Positions 21,805 to 35,200 of a stretch of DNA of 64,000 nucleotides are shown here, in pieces (position 1 is the first letter of the stretch; the number at the start of each line of letters is the position of its first letter). The translations under genes and the position numbers were made by a program. Below the pieces are notes generated by a model. The model had not been told where the DNA came from, searched no databases, and saw only the letters and a list, made by a program, of their open reading frames with translations. This DNA is from Flavobacteriales bacterium (GTDB taxonomy: Bacteria > Bacteroidota > Bacteroidia > Flavobacteriales_F > PHOS-HE28). The stretch covers positions 2,181,964 through 2,245,963 of the forward strand of contig JAHCIA010000001.1 of assembly GCA_026129465.1 (NCBI GenBank). The letters are read 5' to 3'.

Positions 21805-23043
21805 ATGGAACAGCACGACCCCACCCGCATCGGCGGTGTACCGGTGGAGGAGATCGCCCACCTGGTGGGCACCCCGGTGTATGTGTATGACGCGGCCGTG
21901 ATCGAACGGCAGGTGAAGCGCATGCAGGCGGCCTTCTCCGGCATGCCCACCCGCATCATGTACGCCTGCAAGGCGCTGCCCAACATCCACATCATGCGCC
22001 TTGTGCGCAAGCTTGGCACCGGCCTGGACACGGTCTCCATCCAGGAGGTGGAACTGGGCCTGCACGCGGGCTTCCGCCCTGAGGAGATCCTCTTCACTCC
22101 CAACATGGTGCCCTATGAGGAGTACCGCCGTGCGGTGGAACTGGGCGTGCATGTCAACATCGACTCCATCCCCGTGCTGGAGCACTTCGGCCAGGAGTTC
22201 GGCGGAAGCGTGCCCGTATTCCTGCGCATCAACCCGCACATCATGGCGGGCGGCCACGAGCGCATCAGCGTGGGCCACATCGACAGCAAGTTCGGCATCT
22301 CCATCCACCAATTGCGGCATGTGGAGCGCATCATGGCCACGCACGGCCTGCACGTGCATGGCCTGCACATGCACACCGGCAGCGACATCCTGGACACGGG
22401 TGTTTTCCTGCAGGCCGCGGAGTTGCTGCTGGACCGCGCTGACCTCTTCCCGGAATTGCGACACCTCGATCTGGGCAGCGGCTTCAAGGTGGCCTACCAG
22501 GAGGGCGACGTCACCAGCGACATCGAAGAACTGGGCCAGCGCCTGGCGGAACGCATCGGCATCTTCAACAAGCAGCGCGCGACGCCCGTGGAGGTGTGGT
22601 TCGAGCCGGGCAAGTTCGTCGTGAGCGAAGCGGGCACGCTGCTGGTGCGCACCACCCTGGTGAAGCAGACCACCGCCACGGTGTTCGCCGGCGTGGACAG
22701 CGGCCTGAACCAATTGATCAGGCCCATGCTCTACGGCGCCTACCACCGCATCGAGAACGCGAGCAACCCGGAAGGCCGCACGCGGATCTACACCGTGGTG
22801 GGGAACGTTTGCGAAACGGACACCTTCGGCCAGGATCGGAAGATCACCGAGGTGCGCGAGGGCGACCTGCTGGCCATCCGCAACGCGGGCGCCTATGGTC
22901 ACGCCATGGCCAGCAACTACAACGGCCGCTTCCGCCCGCCCGAGGTGCTGGTGCGCGACGGCAGGGCCACGATCATCCGGCGGCGCGAGACGCTGGAGGA
23001 CCTGCTGGCCACGCAGGAGGAGGTGGAGCTGGCCGGGGCCTGA
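21805..23043 (+). CDS. lysA: Diaminopimelate decarboxylase.
   Basis: Start MEQHDPTR at 21805. PLP-dependent fold III decarboxylase motifs (YACKALPNIHIMR, DLGSGF, EPGKFVV) and the C-terminal beta-domain. Confidence 0.85.
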   Translation: MEQHDPTRIGGVPVEEIAHLVGTPVYVYDAAVIERQVKRMQAAFSGMPTRIMYACKALPNIHIMRLVRKLGTGLDTVSIQEVELGLHAGFRPEEILFTPNMVPYEEYRRAVELGVHVNIDSIPVLEHFGQEFGGSVPVFLRINPHIMAGGHERISVGHIDSKFGISIHQLRHVERIMATHGLHVHGLHMHTGSDILDTGVFLQAAELLLDRADLFPELRHLDLGSGFKVAYQEGDVTSDIEELGQRLAERIGIFNKQRATPVEVWFEPGKFVVSEAGTLLVRTTLVKQTTATVFAGVDSGLNQLIRPMLYGAYHRIENASNPEGRTRIYTVVGNVCETDTFGQDRKITEVREGDLLAIRNAGAYGHAMASNYNGRFRPPEVLVRDGRATIIRRRETLEDLLATQEEVELAGA

Positions 23044-23100
23044 AAAGACGAACGGGCCGCCGCAAGCGGGGCCCGTCCATCTCCCTGATCCCAACCCAAC

Positions 23101-25299
23101 CTACAAAGACAACACCTTGAATTCCGTGCGGCGGTTGCGCTGGTGCTGCACATCCGAGCACTGCTCGCACTTGCAATCCTCCGACGGTTTGCTCTTGCCA
23201 TAACCCTTGGCCTTCACTCGGTCGCGTGCGATGCCCCTGGACACGATGTAGTCCACGGCACTCTTCGCGCGGCGTTCGGAAAGGCCCAGGTTGTAGGCGT
23301 CCTTGCCGCGGCAATCGGTGTGCGAGCTCAGCTCGATCTTCACCGTGGGGTTCTCCACCAGCACGGCCACCAGCTTGTCCAGCTCCAACGCCGCGTCCGG
23401 CCTGATGTCGGACTTGTTGTAATCGTAGAAGATGTCGTCCAGGCGCACCACCTGGTCCACCTTCAGCGGGAAGAGCTTGAAGTCGGTGACGATGGCGGCG
23501 CTGGGCTTGCCCTTGGTGGTGAGTCTCGCGCTCTGCTTGAAGAAGCCCTCCTTGTCCACCTTCAGGCGGTAGTCCGTCTCCTGCATCAGGGGGAACTGAT
23601 AGCGGCCGCTGGCGTCGGTGACGATCTCCGCGATGATGTTGTCCTTGGCGTCCGTCAGCGCCACCTGCGCGCCTTCGAGCGGCTGGCCCGTTTCGCCGTG
23701 CAGCACCAGGCCCTCGGCGGCGTAGTCGTACTTGTCCATCTCCACCAGCACCTCCAGCAAGGGATCCGAATCGGTGATCACCTGCATCTCGTGCTGGAAA
23801 TAGCCGTTGCGGTTGGCCACCAGGATGTACGCGCGCTGGTAGGGCGCCTCCACGTTGAAGCGGCCGCCCTCCATGGTCTCAAGTTTCGCGCGTGGCATGT
23901 AGTTGCCTTCAGCGTCCTTCAGCACGATGGTGGCTCCTTCGATGGGTTGGCGGGTGGCGCGGTCGATGACACGGCCGGCGAGGAAGACCATGGGCAGGCG
24001 CATGGTGAAGCCGTAGATGTCGTCGCTGCCCAGCCCTCCGGGGCGGTCGCTGGCCATGAAGCCGGTGGAATCGTTGATGAGGATGAGGCTGTGGTCGTTG
24101 TGGCCCGTATTCATCGGGTGCCCCAGGTTGAACACGTTGCCGGCACCATCCTTCGTCAGGCGCACCCGGAAGAGGTCCAGTCCCCCGAGTCCCGGATGGC
24201 CGTCGCTGGCGAAGTACAGCAGGCTGTCCATCCACATGAAGGGGAACATCTCATTGCCGGGCGTATTCACCCGGGGGCCCATGTTCTGCGGCGCGCCCCA
24301 CTGGTTGCCGAGGTTCTCGCAGAACCAGATGTCCGTGCCCCCCTGGCCACCGGGCATGTCGCTCACGAAATAGAGGAAGCGACCGTCCGGCGAAACGGAC
24401 GGGTGGCCCATGTTGTGGTCGGGTTCGTTGTGGTCGAAGGGGATCAGATTGCCCCATTCGCGCTGGCCGAACTCACCAGTGACGATGTCCGTGAAGTAGA
24501 TGCCCAGCTTCAACTCGTTGCGCTGGCTGCGCTTGTGCACGCCATAGTGGACGTTGTTGCGCGTGAAGTACATGCGCTTGGCCAGCGAGTCGTAGGTCAC
24601 CGTGCCGTCGTGCCAGCGGCTGTTCACATCCCTGCGCATCACCATGGGCTCCTCGGCGCTCTCGCCTTTGAGCAGTGCGCTGTGGAGATTCAGGTAGGGC
24701 TGTTCGTCCCAGGCGTAGGTGCGGCGCCTGCCCGCCCCTTCTCCCCGCGCGCTGCTGAAGAGCAACAGCTCCTCCAGTATGCTCATGCCCAGGTCGGCTT
24801 GCGGCGAATTGATGGGCACGTTGCGGATCCTGGCGCTGCTGGTGTCCGCCAGCCAGCGCTGGAACCGTCCGGGATCGCTCAGGTAATCCTTCGCACGTGG
24901 ATCATCCGGACGCGCTTCCGCGTACTTCGCGTACCACTCCATGGCCGCATCGTACCTGCCATTGGCACGGAGCTGGTCGGCGTAGTGCATCAGGTCATCG
25001 GGCTGTGGTGCCGGTGCCGTGGCCAGGCGGGCGTACACGCGCTCCGCATCGGTGGTGCGGCCCATCTTGCGGTAGGCCATGGCCAGGCGGCGCAGATCGG
25101 CCGCATCGGCCTTGCCCTTCGCGTCCAGGTTCTCGTAGATGGCGGCCACGCGCGGATGGTCGAACACCTCGGCGGAGCGGTCGGCCATGCGCGCCTTCAG
25201 CTTCTGCGCGTGGAGGTCCTGTGCCAGGGGGAAGGCCAGGATCAACAGCGCACCGCACAGCGCATGGGACAGGGGGAAGGGCTTGTGCATGTCCATCAT
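23101..25299 (-). CDS. OmpA-family protein with TPR, TolB-like beta-propeller, CarboxypepD_reg repeats and a C-terminal OmpA/MotB peptidoglycan-binding domain.
   Basis: C-terminus LSSHTDCRGKDAYNLGLSERRAKSAVDYIVSRGI...GYGKSKP. It is the last gene of the adhesin-PorP-OmpA operon. Confidence 0.75.
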   Translation of the reverse strand: MMDMHKPFPLSHALCGALLILAFPLAQDLHAQKLKARMADRSAEVFDHPRVAAIYENLDAKGKADAADLRRLAMAYRKMGRTTDAERVYARLATAPAPQPDDLMHYADQLRANGRYDAAMEWYAKYAEARPDDPRAKDYLSDPGRFQRWLADTSSARIRNVPINSPQADLGMSILEELLLFSSARGEGAGRRRTYAWDEQPYLNLHSALLKGESAEEPMVMRRDVNSRWHDGTVTYDSLAKRMYFTRNNVHYGVHKRSQRNELKLGIYFTDIVTGEFGQREWGNLIPFDHNEPDHNMGHPSVSPDGRFLYFVSDMPGGQGGTDIWFCENLGNQWGAPQNMGPRVNTPGNEMFPFMWMDSLLYFASDGHPGLGGLDLFRVRLTKDGAGNVFNLGHPMNTGHNDHSLILINDSTGFMASDRPGGLGSDDIYGFTMRLPMVFLAGRVIDRATRQPIEGATIVLKDAEGNYMPRAKLETMEGGRFNVEAPYQRAYILVANRNGYFQHEMQVITDSDPLLEVLVEMDKYDYAAEGLVLHGETGQPLEGAQVALTDAKDNIIAEIVTDASGRYQFPLMQETDYRLKVDKEGFFKQSARLTTKGKPSAAIVTDFKLFPLKVDQVVRLDDIFYDYNKSDIRPDAALELDKLVAVLVENPTVKIELSSHTDCRGKDAYNLGLSERRAKSAVDYIVSRGIARDRVKAKGYGKSKPSEDCKCEQCSDVQHQRNRRTEFKVLSL

Positions 25300-26234
25300 C
25301 AGAAATAGCGTGGTGAACGGACACCTTTCAACTTGTTGCCGAACTCGAATCCGATCATGATCTCGTGCGATCCACCGCTGTAGTCGCGGAAGGGCGAAAG
25401 CGGATAGTCGTAGGAGTAGCCCACGGTGAGGTCGTCCGAGAGGTGGTACTGCACCAGTGCGCCGATGGCGTCGGTGTGCCGGTACATGGCGCCCAGCCAG
25501 AACTTCTCATAGAAGAGGAAGTTGGCGCTGAGATCGAAACTGAGCGGCGCGCCCTGCACGGCCTTCAACAGGGCGGTGGGCTTGAATTTGTGGTAGAGGC
25601 CCAGGTCGAACACGTAGCCGCCGGTAAGGAAGTAGTGCGGGCGCTGGCCGGGCTCGGAAACGAAAATGAGCGAGTCGGTCTCGAAGAATTCCGTGCGCAG
25701 CAGCTTGGGCGTGCTCACCCCCACGAAATAGCGGTCGCTGTAGTACATCACCCCGAAGCCGAACTGCGGGTCCAGCTTGGTGTTCACATTGGCCTGGAAC
25801 ACCTGGTCGTTCGGTTCCAACGGATTCAGTTCCGCGAAGCGGCCCTGCAGCACGTTGAGGCCGCCCTTGAGGCCGAAGGCGAGTTTCGCCGGACCCATGT
25901 GGATGCGGTAGGCGAGGTCGGCCATGAAGGTGTATTGCGTGATGGGGCCGTGCGTGTCGCGCATGATGGTGCCGCCCACGCCGAGGCTTTCATGCCACAC
26001 GGGGCTGTGCACGGTGAGGGTCTGCGTGTTCGGCGCTCCCTCGAAGCCCACCCATTGGTGCCGGCTCAGCCCCTTGAGGCTCACACGATCGGCGCTGCCC
26101 GCATAGGCCGGGTTCAAGGCCAGCAGGTTGAACATGTACTGGGTGAACTGCGGGTCCTGCTGGGCCAGCACGCCGGTGCCCAGGAGCATCCCCAGCACGC
26201 CGCTCATCCATCGGGTCGCTTCTCTCATTCTCAT
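25299..26234 (-). CDS. PorP/SprF-family type IX secretion system membrane protein.
   Basis: Signal peptide, QDPQFTQYMFNLLALNPAYAG N-terminal motif and a beta-barrel. It is immediately downstream of a type-B CTD cargo gene. Confidence 0.8.
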   Translation of the reverse strand: MRMREATRWMSGVLGMLLGTGVLAQQDPQFTQYMFNLLALNPAYAGSADRVSLKGLSRHQWVGFEGAPNTQTLTVHSPVWHESLGVGGTIMRDTHGPITQYTFMADLAYRIHMGPAKLAFGLKGGLNVLQGRFAELNPLEPNDQVFQANVNTKLDPQFGFGVMYYSDRYFVGVSTPKLLRTEFFETDSLIFVSEPGQRPHYFLTGGYVFDLGLYHKFKPTALLKAVQGAPLSFDLSANFLFYEKFWLGAMYRHTDAIGALVQYHLSDDLTVGYSYDYPLSPFRDYSGGSHEIMIGFEFGNKLKGVRSPRYF

Positions 26235-26279
26235 CGGGGTCTCTGTTGTGGCGCTTCTGCTTTCGCCCGTGCGGTCGTT

Positions 26280-29200
26280 CTATCGGCGCAGGTAGATGAA
26301 TCCGGTGTAGGCCTCGGTGTCGTTGCCGAGGTCGAGTACATAGTAGTAGGTGCTCTCGGGCAACTTCTCACCGAAGACAGCACCATACTGGCTGGTGCCA
26401 TCCCAGTCGTTGTTGTAGGGACTGCGGTCCAGGATCTTGTTGCCCCAGCGGTTGAAGACCTGGAAGCTGTTGTTCGGATACGACTCCAGGTTGCGGATCA
26501 CGAAGGTGTCGTTGACGCCGTCACCGTTGGGCGAGAAGGCGTCGGGGATGGTGAGCGTGAGGCAGTCCTTGATGAACACCAGCATGGTGTCCGCCGTGGT
26601 GCCGCACACACCGTTGTCCACCGTCCACACGAACCAGTTGTTGCCTTGCTGCATGCCCGTCACCAGCGTCATCGGGTCGAAGGCGTCCACGATGTTGCCC
26701 GTGCCCATCAGCAGCGACCATGCCCCGAAAGCTGTGCTGGTGGCCGGCACGGCGTCGAGGTTGGTGGTGCTCACGTCCTGGCAGAACTGCTGGTCCGGTC
26801 CGGCATCGGCGGGCGGCACGGTGTGGTCGAAGACCTGGATGACCATCTCATCGCTGGTGCTTCCGCAGGCCCCGTTGTCGATGGTCCACACGAAGACGTT
26901 GGTGCCGAGACCAAGGCCGGTGATGGCCGTGAAGGGCGAGGAGGGATCGGCGATGTTGCCCGCGCCGGAAGCGAGGCTCCATATGCCCGTGCCGGGCGGT
27001 ACCGGGCTGCTGGCGAACATCGTCACCGCCTGGGTGATCGGCGTGCAATAGCTCTGGTCCGGACCGGCCGCCGCGGCCTGTGCGCCACCGTCGAAGATGA
27101 AGATGGTCACCTGGTCCGTGGTGGTGCCGTTGGAGCAGGGGCCATTGTCCACCGTCCATTGCAGCGTCACCTGGCCAACCGTCAATCCGCTGAGCGTGGC
27201 GTTGGGGTCGTTCGGATCGCTGAGCGTGCCGCTTCCACTGATGATGGTCCATGTGCCGATGGCCGGCACGCCCACCGCGTTGGCCTGCAGGGTCACGCTG
27301 CTCGCGGGTGTGCAGATCTCCTGGTCCGGACCCGCGTTGGCCGAACCCTGAGTCTGGTCGTACACCACGATGGTCACGAGGTCCTCGGTGGTGCCACAGG
27401 GGCCGTTGTCGATGGTCCACAGGAAGGTGTTCACCCCGATGGAGAGGCCGCTCACCGCACTGGTGGGCGATGCCGGGGAAGCGATCGTGCCGGTGCCGCT
27501 CACCAGCGTCCATAGCCCCGTGGCGGGGAACACCGGTGCGTTGCCCGCGAGCGTGGTGCTGGTCTGCGGCGTGCAAAGCTCCTGATCGGGTCCAGCGTTC
27601 GCGGGCGGCGCGTTCCCATCGAAGATGAACACGCTGATGTCCGCTGAACTGGTTCCGCAGGCACCATTGTCGATCGTCCAGAGGAAATCGTGCTGTCCCA
27701 CACCTAGGTTGAAGACGGCCGTGTTGGGATCGTTCGGATCGGCGATGGTGCCCGTGCCGCTCAGGGAGGTCCAGGTGCCGGTGGCCGGGAAGACGGGGTC
27801 GTTGGCCTGCAGCACCGCGCTGTTCGTGGGTGTGCACCAGCTGATGTCGTCACCGGTCATCGCATCGGGCGCGTCACCATCGAAGACCGATACACGCACC
27901 GTGTCGCGGCTGGGCGGACCGAAGCCGCACTGGCCGTTGTAGATCTCCCACACGAACTCATGCACACCTATGTCCAGTCCGGTGACGAGCGTGTTGGGGT
28001 TGTTCGGCTCCACCACGGTGGACCCACCCTGGGTCACGGTCCAGGTGCCCACGCCAGGTATCGCCGGGGTGTTGCCCTGCAAATTGGTCTCGCTGTCGGG
28101 CGTGCAGAGTTCCTGGTCGGGACCCGCGTCCGCCACGGGCGCCGACGGATCGTACACGTACACGCTCACCGTGTCGGAAAGGATGCCGTTGTTCGGGCAG
28201 GGATCCCATTCCAGGGTCCAGACGAAGGTGTTGATGCCTTGTGCCAGACCGGTGATGAGGGTGTTGGGATCGTTCGGCGAGACCGGCGTGCCGCTGCCGC
28301 TGATCAGGGTCCAAGTACCCTGTGCGGGTGGTGGCGGTGTTTCACCCTGCAACTGGATGCTCGTTTCAGGCAGGCACAATTCCAGATCGGGGCCGGCATT
28401 CGCCGCGGCCGTGGTGTCATCGTAGAGGATGATGGTCACCTGGTCGATGGTGAGGCCGTTGGAGCATGGGCCGTTGTACACCGTCCACTGGAAGGTGTTC
28501 ACCCCGATGGCGAGTCCTTGGATCAGCGTCAACGGGTCGCTGGGATCCACCGGTGTGCCCGCGCCGGCGACCACCGTCCAGGTGCCCTGCGCGGGAAAGA
28601 TCACAGGGCTGCCTGCCATGTACACGGAGTCCTGCGGTACGCACAACTCCTGGTCCAGGCCGGCGAAGGCGTCGGCGTTCTTGGGGTCGAAGACGAAAAT
28701 GCTCACCTGGTCCGTGGTGGTCACACATTCACCGCCCTCGAGGGTCCAGACGAAGATGTTCTCACCCACCTCCAATCCACTCACCGTGGTCACAGGCGCA
28801 TTGGCGTCGGCGATGACCCCCGTGCCCTGCACCAAGGTCCATGTGCCAATGGCGGCGCCCACCGGTTCATTGCCCGTGAGCGTGGCGGTATCATCCGGTG
28901 CGCACAATTCCTGGTCGGGACCCGCATCGGCCGGAGGCGCATCGGCGTCGAAGAGCGTGATCGTCACCTGGCTCGTGGTGACGCCGTTCGGGCAGACACC
29001 ATTGGCCACTGTCCATTCGAACACATTCACGCCGATACCCAGGTCGGTGATGGTGGTGTTGGGGTCGTTCGGGTCGGTGATGGTGCCCTGGCCGCCGATC
29101 AGGGTCCAGGTGCCCTCCGCAGGGAAGGTCACCGGGCTGCCTGCCATGGTGGCGCTGGTCAATGGCGTGCATACCTGCTGGTCGGGTCCGGCGTCCGCAT

Positions 29201-32200
29201 CAGGGTTGTTCTCATCGAAGACCAGGATGGTGACCAGGTCCGTGGTGAGCGGATCGATGCACACCCCGTTGCTCACCGTCCAGAGGAAGGTGTTCGCGCC
29301 GATGGACAGGCCTGTGACCCCCGTGATCGGACTGTTGGGACTGGCGATGATGCCCGTACCGCTCACCAAGGTCCAGGTGCCCGTGGCGGGGAAGATGATG
29401 TTGCTGCCGAAGAGCGTGGTACTTGTGGTGGTGCCCGTGGGTGTGCACAACTGCTGATCGGGTCCCGCGTCGGCCAGCGGATTCTCCTGCTCGTAAAGCG
29501 TGATGGTCAACTGGTCGCTGGTGGCACCGCCCGGACATGGGCCATTGTCCACGCTCCATTCCAACACGGTCACACCCACTTGCAGGCCGGTGATGGTGGT
29601 GTTGGGACTGTTCGGGTCGGCGATGATCCCGCCGCCACTGATGATCGTCCAGGTGCCGATCGCCGGGAAGACCACCGCACTCGCACTGAGCGAAGCGCTG
29701 CTGGTGGGCGTGCACAGGTCCTGATCGGGACCCGCGTTGGCCACCGCGTTGTTCAGATCGAAGACCTCGATCGTCACCTGATCGCTGGAACCCGCGTCGC
29801 AGGGTCCATTGCTCACCGTCCACTGGAATACGCTGGTGCCGATCTCCAGGTCCAGCACGGTGGTCACCGGGCTGTTCGGACTCACGATGGTGCCCGTGCC
29901 ACTAACCAAGGTCCATTCCCCGGTGGCCGGGAAGATCACCGCACTGCCGGTCAGTGTGGTGCTCGTCGTGGTGGCGGTGCAGAGCTGTTGGTCCGGCCCG
30001 GCGTCCGCCAGCGGATTGTTCTCATCGAAGACCAGGATCGTCACCTGGTCGCTGCCGACACCGGTGGCGCAGGGGCCGTTGTCTACGGTCCACGCGAATA
30101 CATTGGCGCCCACGGGCAGGCCACTGATCGTGGTGTTCGGGTCCGCGGGATCGGCGATGGTGCCGCCTCCACTCACCAGCGTCCAGATGCCCGAGGCCGG
30201 GAAGGTCACCGGCGCGGCCTGCATCACGGTGCTGGTATTCGGCGTGCACAGCTCCTGGTCGGGGCCCGCGTTCGGTTGCGCGTTGTTCTGGTCGAAGAGG
30301 AAGATGCTGACCTGGTCCGTGGTGATGCCGTTGGCACAAGGGCCGTTGCTCACCGTCCAGGCGAAGATGTTCTCACCCACGGCGAGACCCGTCACCGTGG
30401 TCACCGGGCTGTTCGGCGAGGTGATGACACCCTGCCCACTGACCAAGGTCCATTCGCCGGTGGCCGGGAAGATCAGCGGGCTGCCACTCAGCGTGGCCAC
30501 GGTCAGCGGTGTGCAGAGCTCCTGGTCGGGACCGGCGTTCGCCACGGCGTTGTTCTCATCGAACACCGTGATCGCCACATCATCGAAGGTGATGCCTTGG
30601 GCACAGGGACCGTTGCTCACAGTCCACCGGAAAACGTTCACGCCCACCGGCAGACCACTCACCGTGGAGGTCGGCGAAGTGGGATCGGCGATGGTGCCAC
30701 CACCACTGATCAGGGTCCACAGCCCGGTCGCCGGGAAGATCACCGCGCTGCCTGCGAGCGTGGTGCTTGTCTGCGGCGTGCAGAGTTCCTGATCCGGACC
30801 AGCATCGGCCACGGGGTTGGTCTCATCGAAGATGAAGATGCTCAGCTGGTCGGTGGTCTGCGCGGGATCGCAGGGGCCGTTGCTCACGGTCCAGGCCAGG
30901 ATCGTTTCACCCACGCCAAGGCCTGTGACCGCCGTGGTGGGCGAAGCTGGGCTGGCGATCACGGCACTGCCGCTCACCACGGTCCAGAGGCCGGTGGCGG
31001 GGAAGGTGGCGGTGCTGCCCGCCAGCACCGTGCTGCTCACCGGTGTGCAGAACTGCTGGTCCGGACCGGCGTTCGCCGCCGAATTGCTCTGATCGAAGAC
31101 CAGGATGGTGACCTGGTCGGTGGTGAGGCTGTTGGCGCAGGGTCCGTTCTCCACGGTCCAGGCGAATACGTTGGCACCCACGCTCAGACCACTTACCGTG
31201 GTGTTGGGGTTCGAAGCATCGGCGACGATGCCCGTACCGCTCACCAGCGTCCATTGGCCCGTGGCGGGGAAGATCACCGCACTGCCGGCCAGCGTGGTGC
31301 TGGTCTGTGGTGTGCAGAGTTCCTGGTCCGGCCCGGCATTGGCCACCGGGTTCTGCGCATCGAAGACGAAGATGGTCACCTGATCGGTGGTGGTGCCGCA
31401 GCTGCCGTTGTCGATGGTCCATGCGAAGGTGTTGGCGCCCACCGGCAGACCTGTGATGGTGGTGTTGGGGTCGTTCGGGGCTGTGATCACGCCTCCACCA
31501 TTCACCAACGTCCAAGTGCCCACGGCCGATCCCGTCACGGCGTTGGCGGCCATGCTCACACTGCTCTGCGGTGTGCAGATCTCCTGGTCGGGACCCGCGT
31601 TGGCCGGCTGCGCATCGCTGGCGAAGACGAACACGCTCACCAGGTCGGAGGTGTTGGCATTGGGGCAGGCGCCATTGTTGATCGACCATTGGAAGATGTT
31701 CTCACCCAGTGCCAATCCACTCACGGCCGTCACAGGCCCAGCGGGGTTGGCGATGGTGCCGCTGCCACTGACCAGGGTCCATTGCCCTGTGGCGGGGATC
31801 GTCAACGCGTTGCCCACCAGGGTGGTGCTCGTTTGCGGCGTGCAGAGTTGCTGATCGGGTCCCGCGTTGGCCGGCGGCTGGTTCGGATCGAAGACCAGTA
31901 TGGTGACCTGGTCGGTGGTGATGCCGCATTCGGCGTTGTCGATGTTCCACTGCAGGATGTTCACCCCGATGGACAGACCGGTGACCGTGGCCGTGTGCGA
32001 TGTGGGGTCGCTGAAGTTCGCCGACCCCTGCACCACGGTCCACTGGCCGGTGGCCACACCTTCGGGCTCATTGGCGGCCATCACCACGGGCACGGCGGTG
32101 CCGCACACCGCCTGATCGGGTCCGGCCAGTGCGGGTTGCGCGTTGCCATCGGCCACCACGGTGATGAGCGTGCTGCTGCTGATGGGATCGGGACACACGC

Positions 32201-35200
32201 CATTGTTCACCGTCCACGTGAAGGAGTAGACCCCCGAGGCCAGGTCGATCACCAGCGTGCTGGGGTTGGTGGGGTCCACGATGGTGCCAGGACCTCCACT
32301 CATGGTCCACAACCCGGTGGCGGGGAAGATCACCGGGCTGCCATTGAGCGTGATGGTGTTGCCCGCGGTGGTGCATATGCTCTGGTCCGATCCCGCATCC
32401 GCAGAAGGCTGCAGCGGATCGTAGACGAAGATGCTCATCTGGTCCGTGCTCAACCCGTTCTGGCATGGACCGTTGTTCACCGTCCATTGGAAGATGTTCT
32501 GGCCCACGGCGAGTCCGGTCACTGCCGTGTTGGGATCGCCTGGGCTGACGATGGTGCCGGTGCCGCTCACGAGTGTCCACAATCCCGTGGCCGGCCCGAT
32601 CAGCGCACTGCCTGCCATGGTGGCGCTGCCACTGGAGGAGCACAGGCTTTGGTCAGGACCGGCATCGGCGGTGGGCGTGCCCGCATCAAATACCGTCACT
32701 GTCACCTGGTCGGTGGTGATGCCCTGCGCACAGGGGCCATTGTCCACCGTCCATTGGAACACATTCACACCGATGGACATGCCCGTCACCAGCGTCGTGG
32801 GACTGTTGGCATCAGCGAACGATCCACCTCCGCTCACCACGGTCCAGGTGCCGATGGCGGGGAAAATGGGCACACTGCCGGCCATGGTCACCTGGTTGGG
32901 CGCGGTGGGCACGCAGATGCTCTGATCCGGGCCCGCGTTGGCGGCCGGGTTCTGGTTGCTGAAGCGTTGCACCGTCACCTGGTCGCTGCTGCTGCCGCAG
33001 GGTCCATTGCTCACGGTCCACTGGAACACGCTCTCACCCACGAGAATGTCGTTGACCACCGTGGTGGAGCTGGTGGGGTTGACGATGGTGCCCGTGCCGC
33101 TCACCAACGTCCAAGTACCTGTGGCCGGAAAACTCACCGGGCTGCCAATGAGCGTGGTGGTGGCCGTGCCACAGATCTGCTGGTCCGGGCCCGCGTTCGC
33201 GGCGGGTTGCGCCGGATCGAAAAGCCGGATGGTCACTTGATCGGAGGTCACCGCACCGGGGCATGGTCCGTTGCTCAGTGTCCATTGGTACACATTGTCG
33301 CCAATGGACATCCCACTCACGGTGGTCGTGGGGCTGGCGGCGTTCGCGAAAACACCCGTGCCACTGACCACGGTCCATTGGCCGGTCCCTGGTGGGAAGG
33401 CGGCGTTCGCTGCGAGCGTCACGCTCGCCACGGGCGCACACAGCTCCTGGTCAGGGCCGGCGTTCGCGGCGGGGGCGCTGCTGCTGAAGACGGTGATCGT
33501 CACCTGGTCACTGGTCACGGATGGTACGCAGGGGCCGTTGTTGATCGTCCATTGGAACACGTTCACGCCCACGCCCAGGCCCGTGACCGTGGAGGTGGGG
33601 CTGCCCGGTGCGGTGATCGTGCCGCTGCCGCTGATCAAGGTCCAGGTACCAGCGCTGGGCGGCGTGGGGGCATTGCCGGCCAGCGTACCTGTGGCGGTGC
33701 TTTGACCGATCGGCGTGCAGAGCTGCTGATCGGGTCCGGCGTTCGCGGCCACCGCGTTCGCATCGAACCGCACCACCGTCACCTGATCGGTGGTCACACC
33801 ATTGGGGCAGGGGCCGTTGCTCAGGGTCCACTGGAACACATTGGTGCCGATGGACAGGCCATTCACCGCGGTCGTGGGGCTCGCGGGATCCACGAAGGTG
33901 CCCGTGCCGGTGATCACGGTCCACTGGCCGGTGGCGGGTGGCAGCGGTGCGTTGCCCGCGAGCAATGTGCCTTGGGAGCACACCTGCTGGTCGGGTCCCG
34001 CGTTCGCGGCCGGGCTGGCCGGGTCGAACACCGTGATGACCAGATCATCGAAGGTGGAGGCCGGATCGCAGGCTCCGTTGTTGATGGTCCAGCGCAACAC
34101 ATTCGGTCCGATGGACAAGCCATTCACCGCGGTGGTGGGGCTGGCGGCGGTGACGAATGTGCCACTGCCGCTCACCACGGTCCACTGGCCGGTGGCGGGC
34201 GCTGCCGCCGCGTTGGCCGCAAGCGTGGCGCTGTTCGCGGGCGCGCACAACTGCTGATCGGGGCCGGCGTTCGCGGCGGCCTGGCCGCTGTTGAACACCG
34301 TGATCGTCACCTGGTCGAAGGTGGGCGCGCCACAAGGGCCGTTGCTGATCGTCCAGCGGAACACGTTGTTGCCGATGCCCAGCCCGCTCACCGTCGTGGT
34401 CGGGCTTCCCGGGTCGGCGAAAACACCCGTACCACTCACCACGCTCCATTGGCCGGTGGCGGGCACCGCGGCCGCATTAGCGGCCAGCATGGTGGAGGTC
34501 TGCGGTGTACACAAGGCCTGGTCGGGACCCGCGTTCGCCACCTGCTGTCCGGGATCGTAGGCCGTGATGGTCACCTGGTCCGAGGTGGTGCCACAAGTGC
34601 CGAAATCGAGCGTCCACTGGAACACGTTCGGGCCGGGGCCCAGGCCGGAGACCGTGGTGGTGGGGCTGTTGGGGTTGGCGAATGTGCCACTGCCGCTCAC
34701 CACCGACCATACCCGGCCGATCTGTGGGTATGGCAACACCCCTTGCATGGTGGCGGTGAAACCGCACACCTCCTGGTCGGGGCCCGCATTGGCAGGCGTC
34801 ACCGGTGGTGTCACCTGCACCACGAAGCCATAGTTGTTCACACCATTCAGGATGCAGGCATCATCCGCCACGGTGACCGAGAAGAGGTTCTGGCCGATGT
34901 TCGCCGGCGTGGGTGTCCAGCAGAATTGTCCTGTGGGCAATGGACTTCCCGTCACTGTGAACGTCGCGCCAGGTATGCCACTGTTCCAGGTCATGGTCAC
35001 GACCTGCCCGGGATCGATGTCGTTGGCGGCCACATTGAAGCAGATCTGTTCATTGGCGCATACGGTGGTGGCGAACTGCCCCGTGCCATTGATGCCGCTC
35101 ACCGAGGGATTGTTGTTGGCGCAGACCACGATCGCGAACTGCACGTCGCGCAGGTAGGTGCCGATCTTCACTCCATTGCGCCATTCGGACACCTTGACCG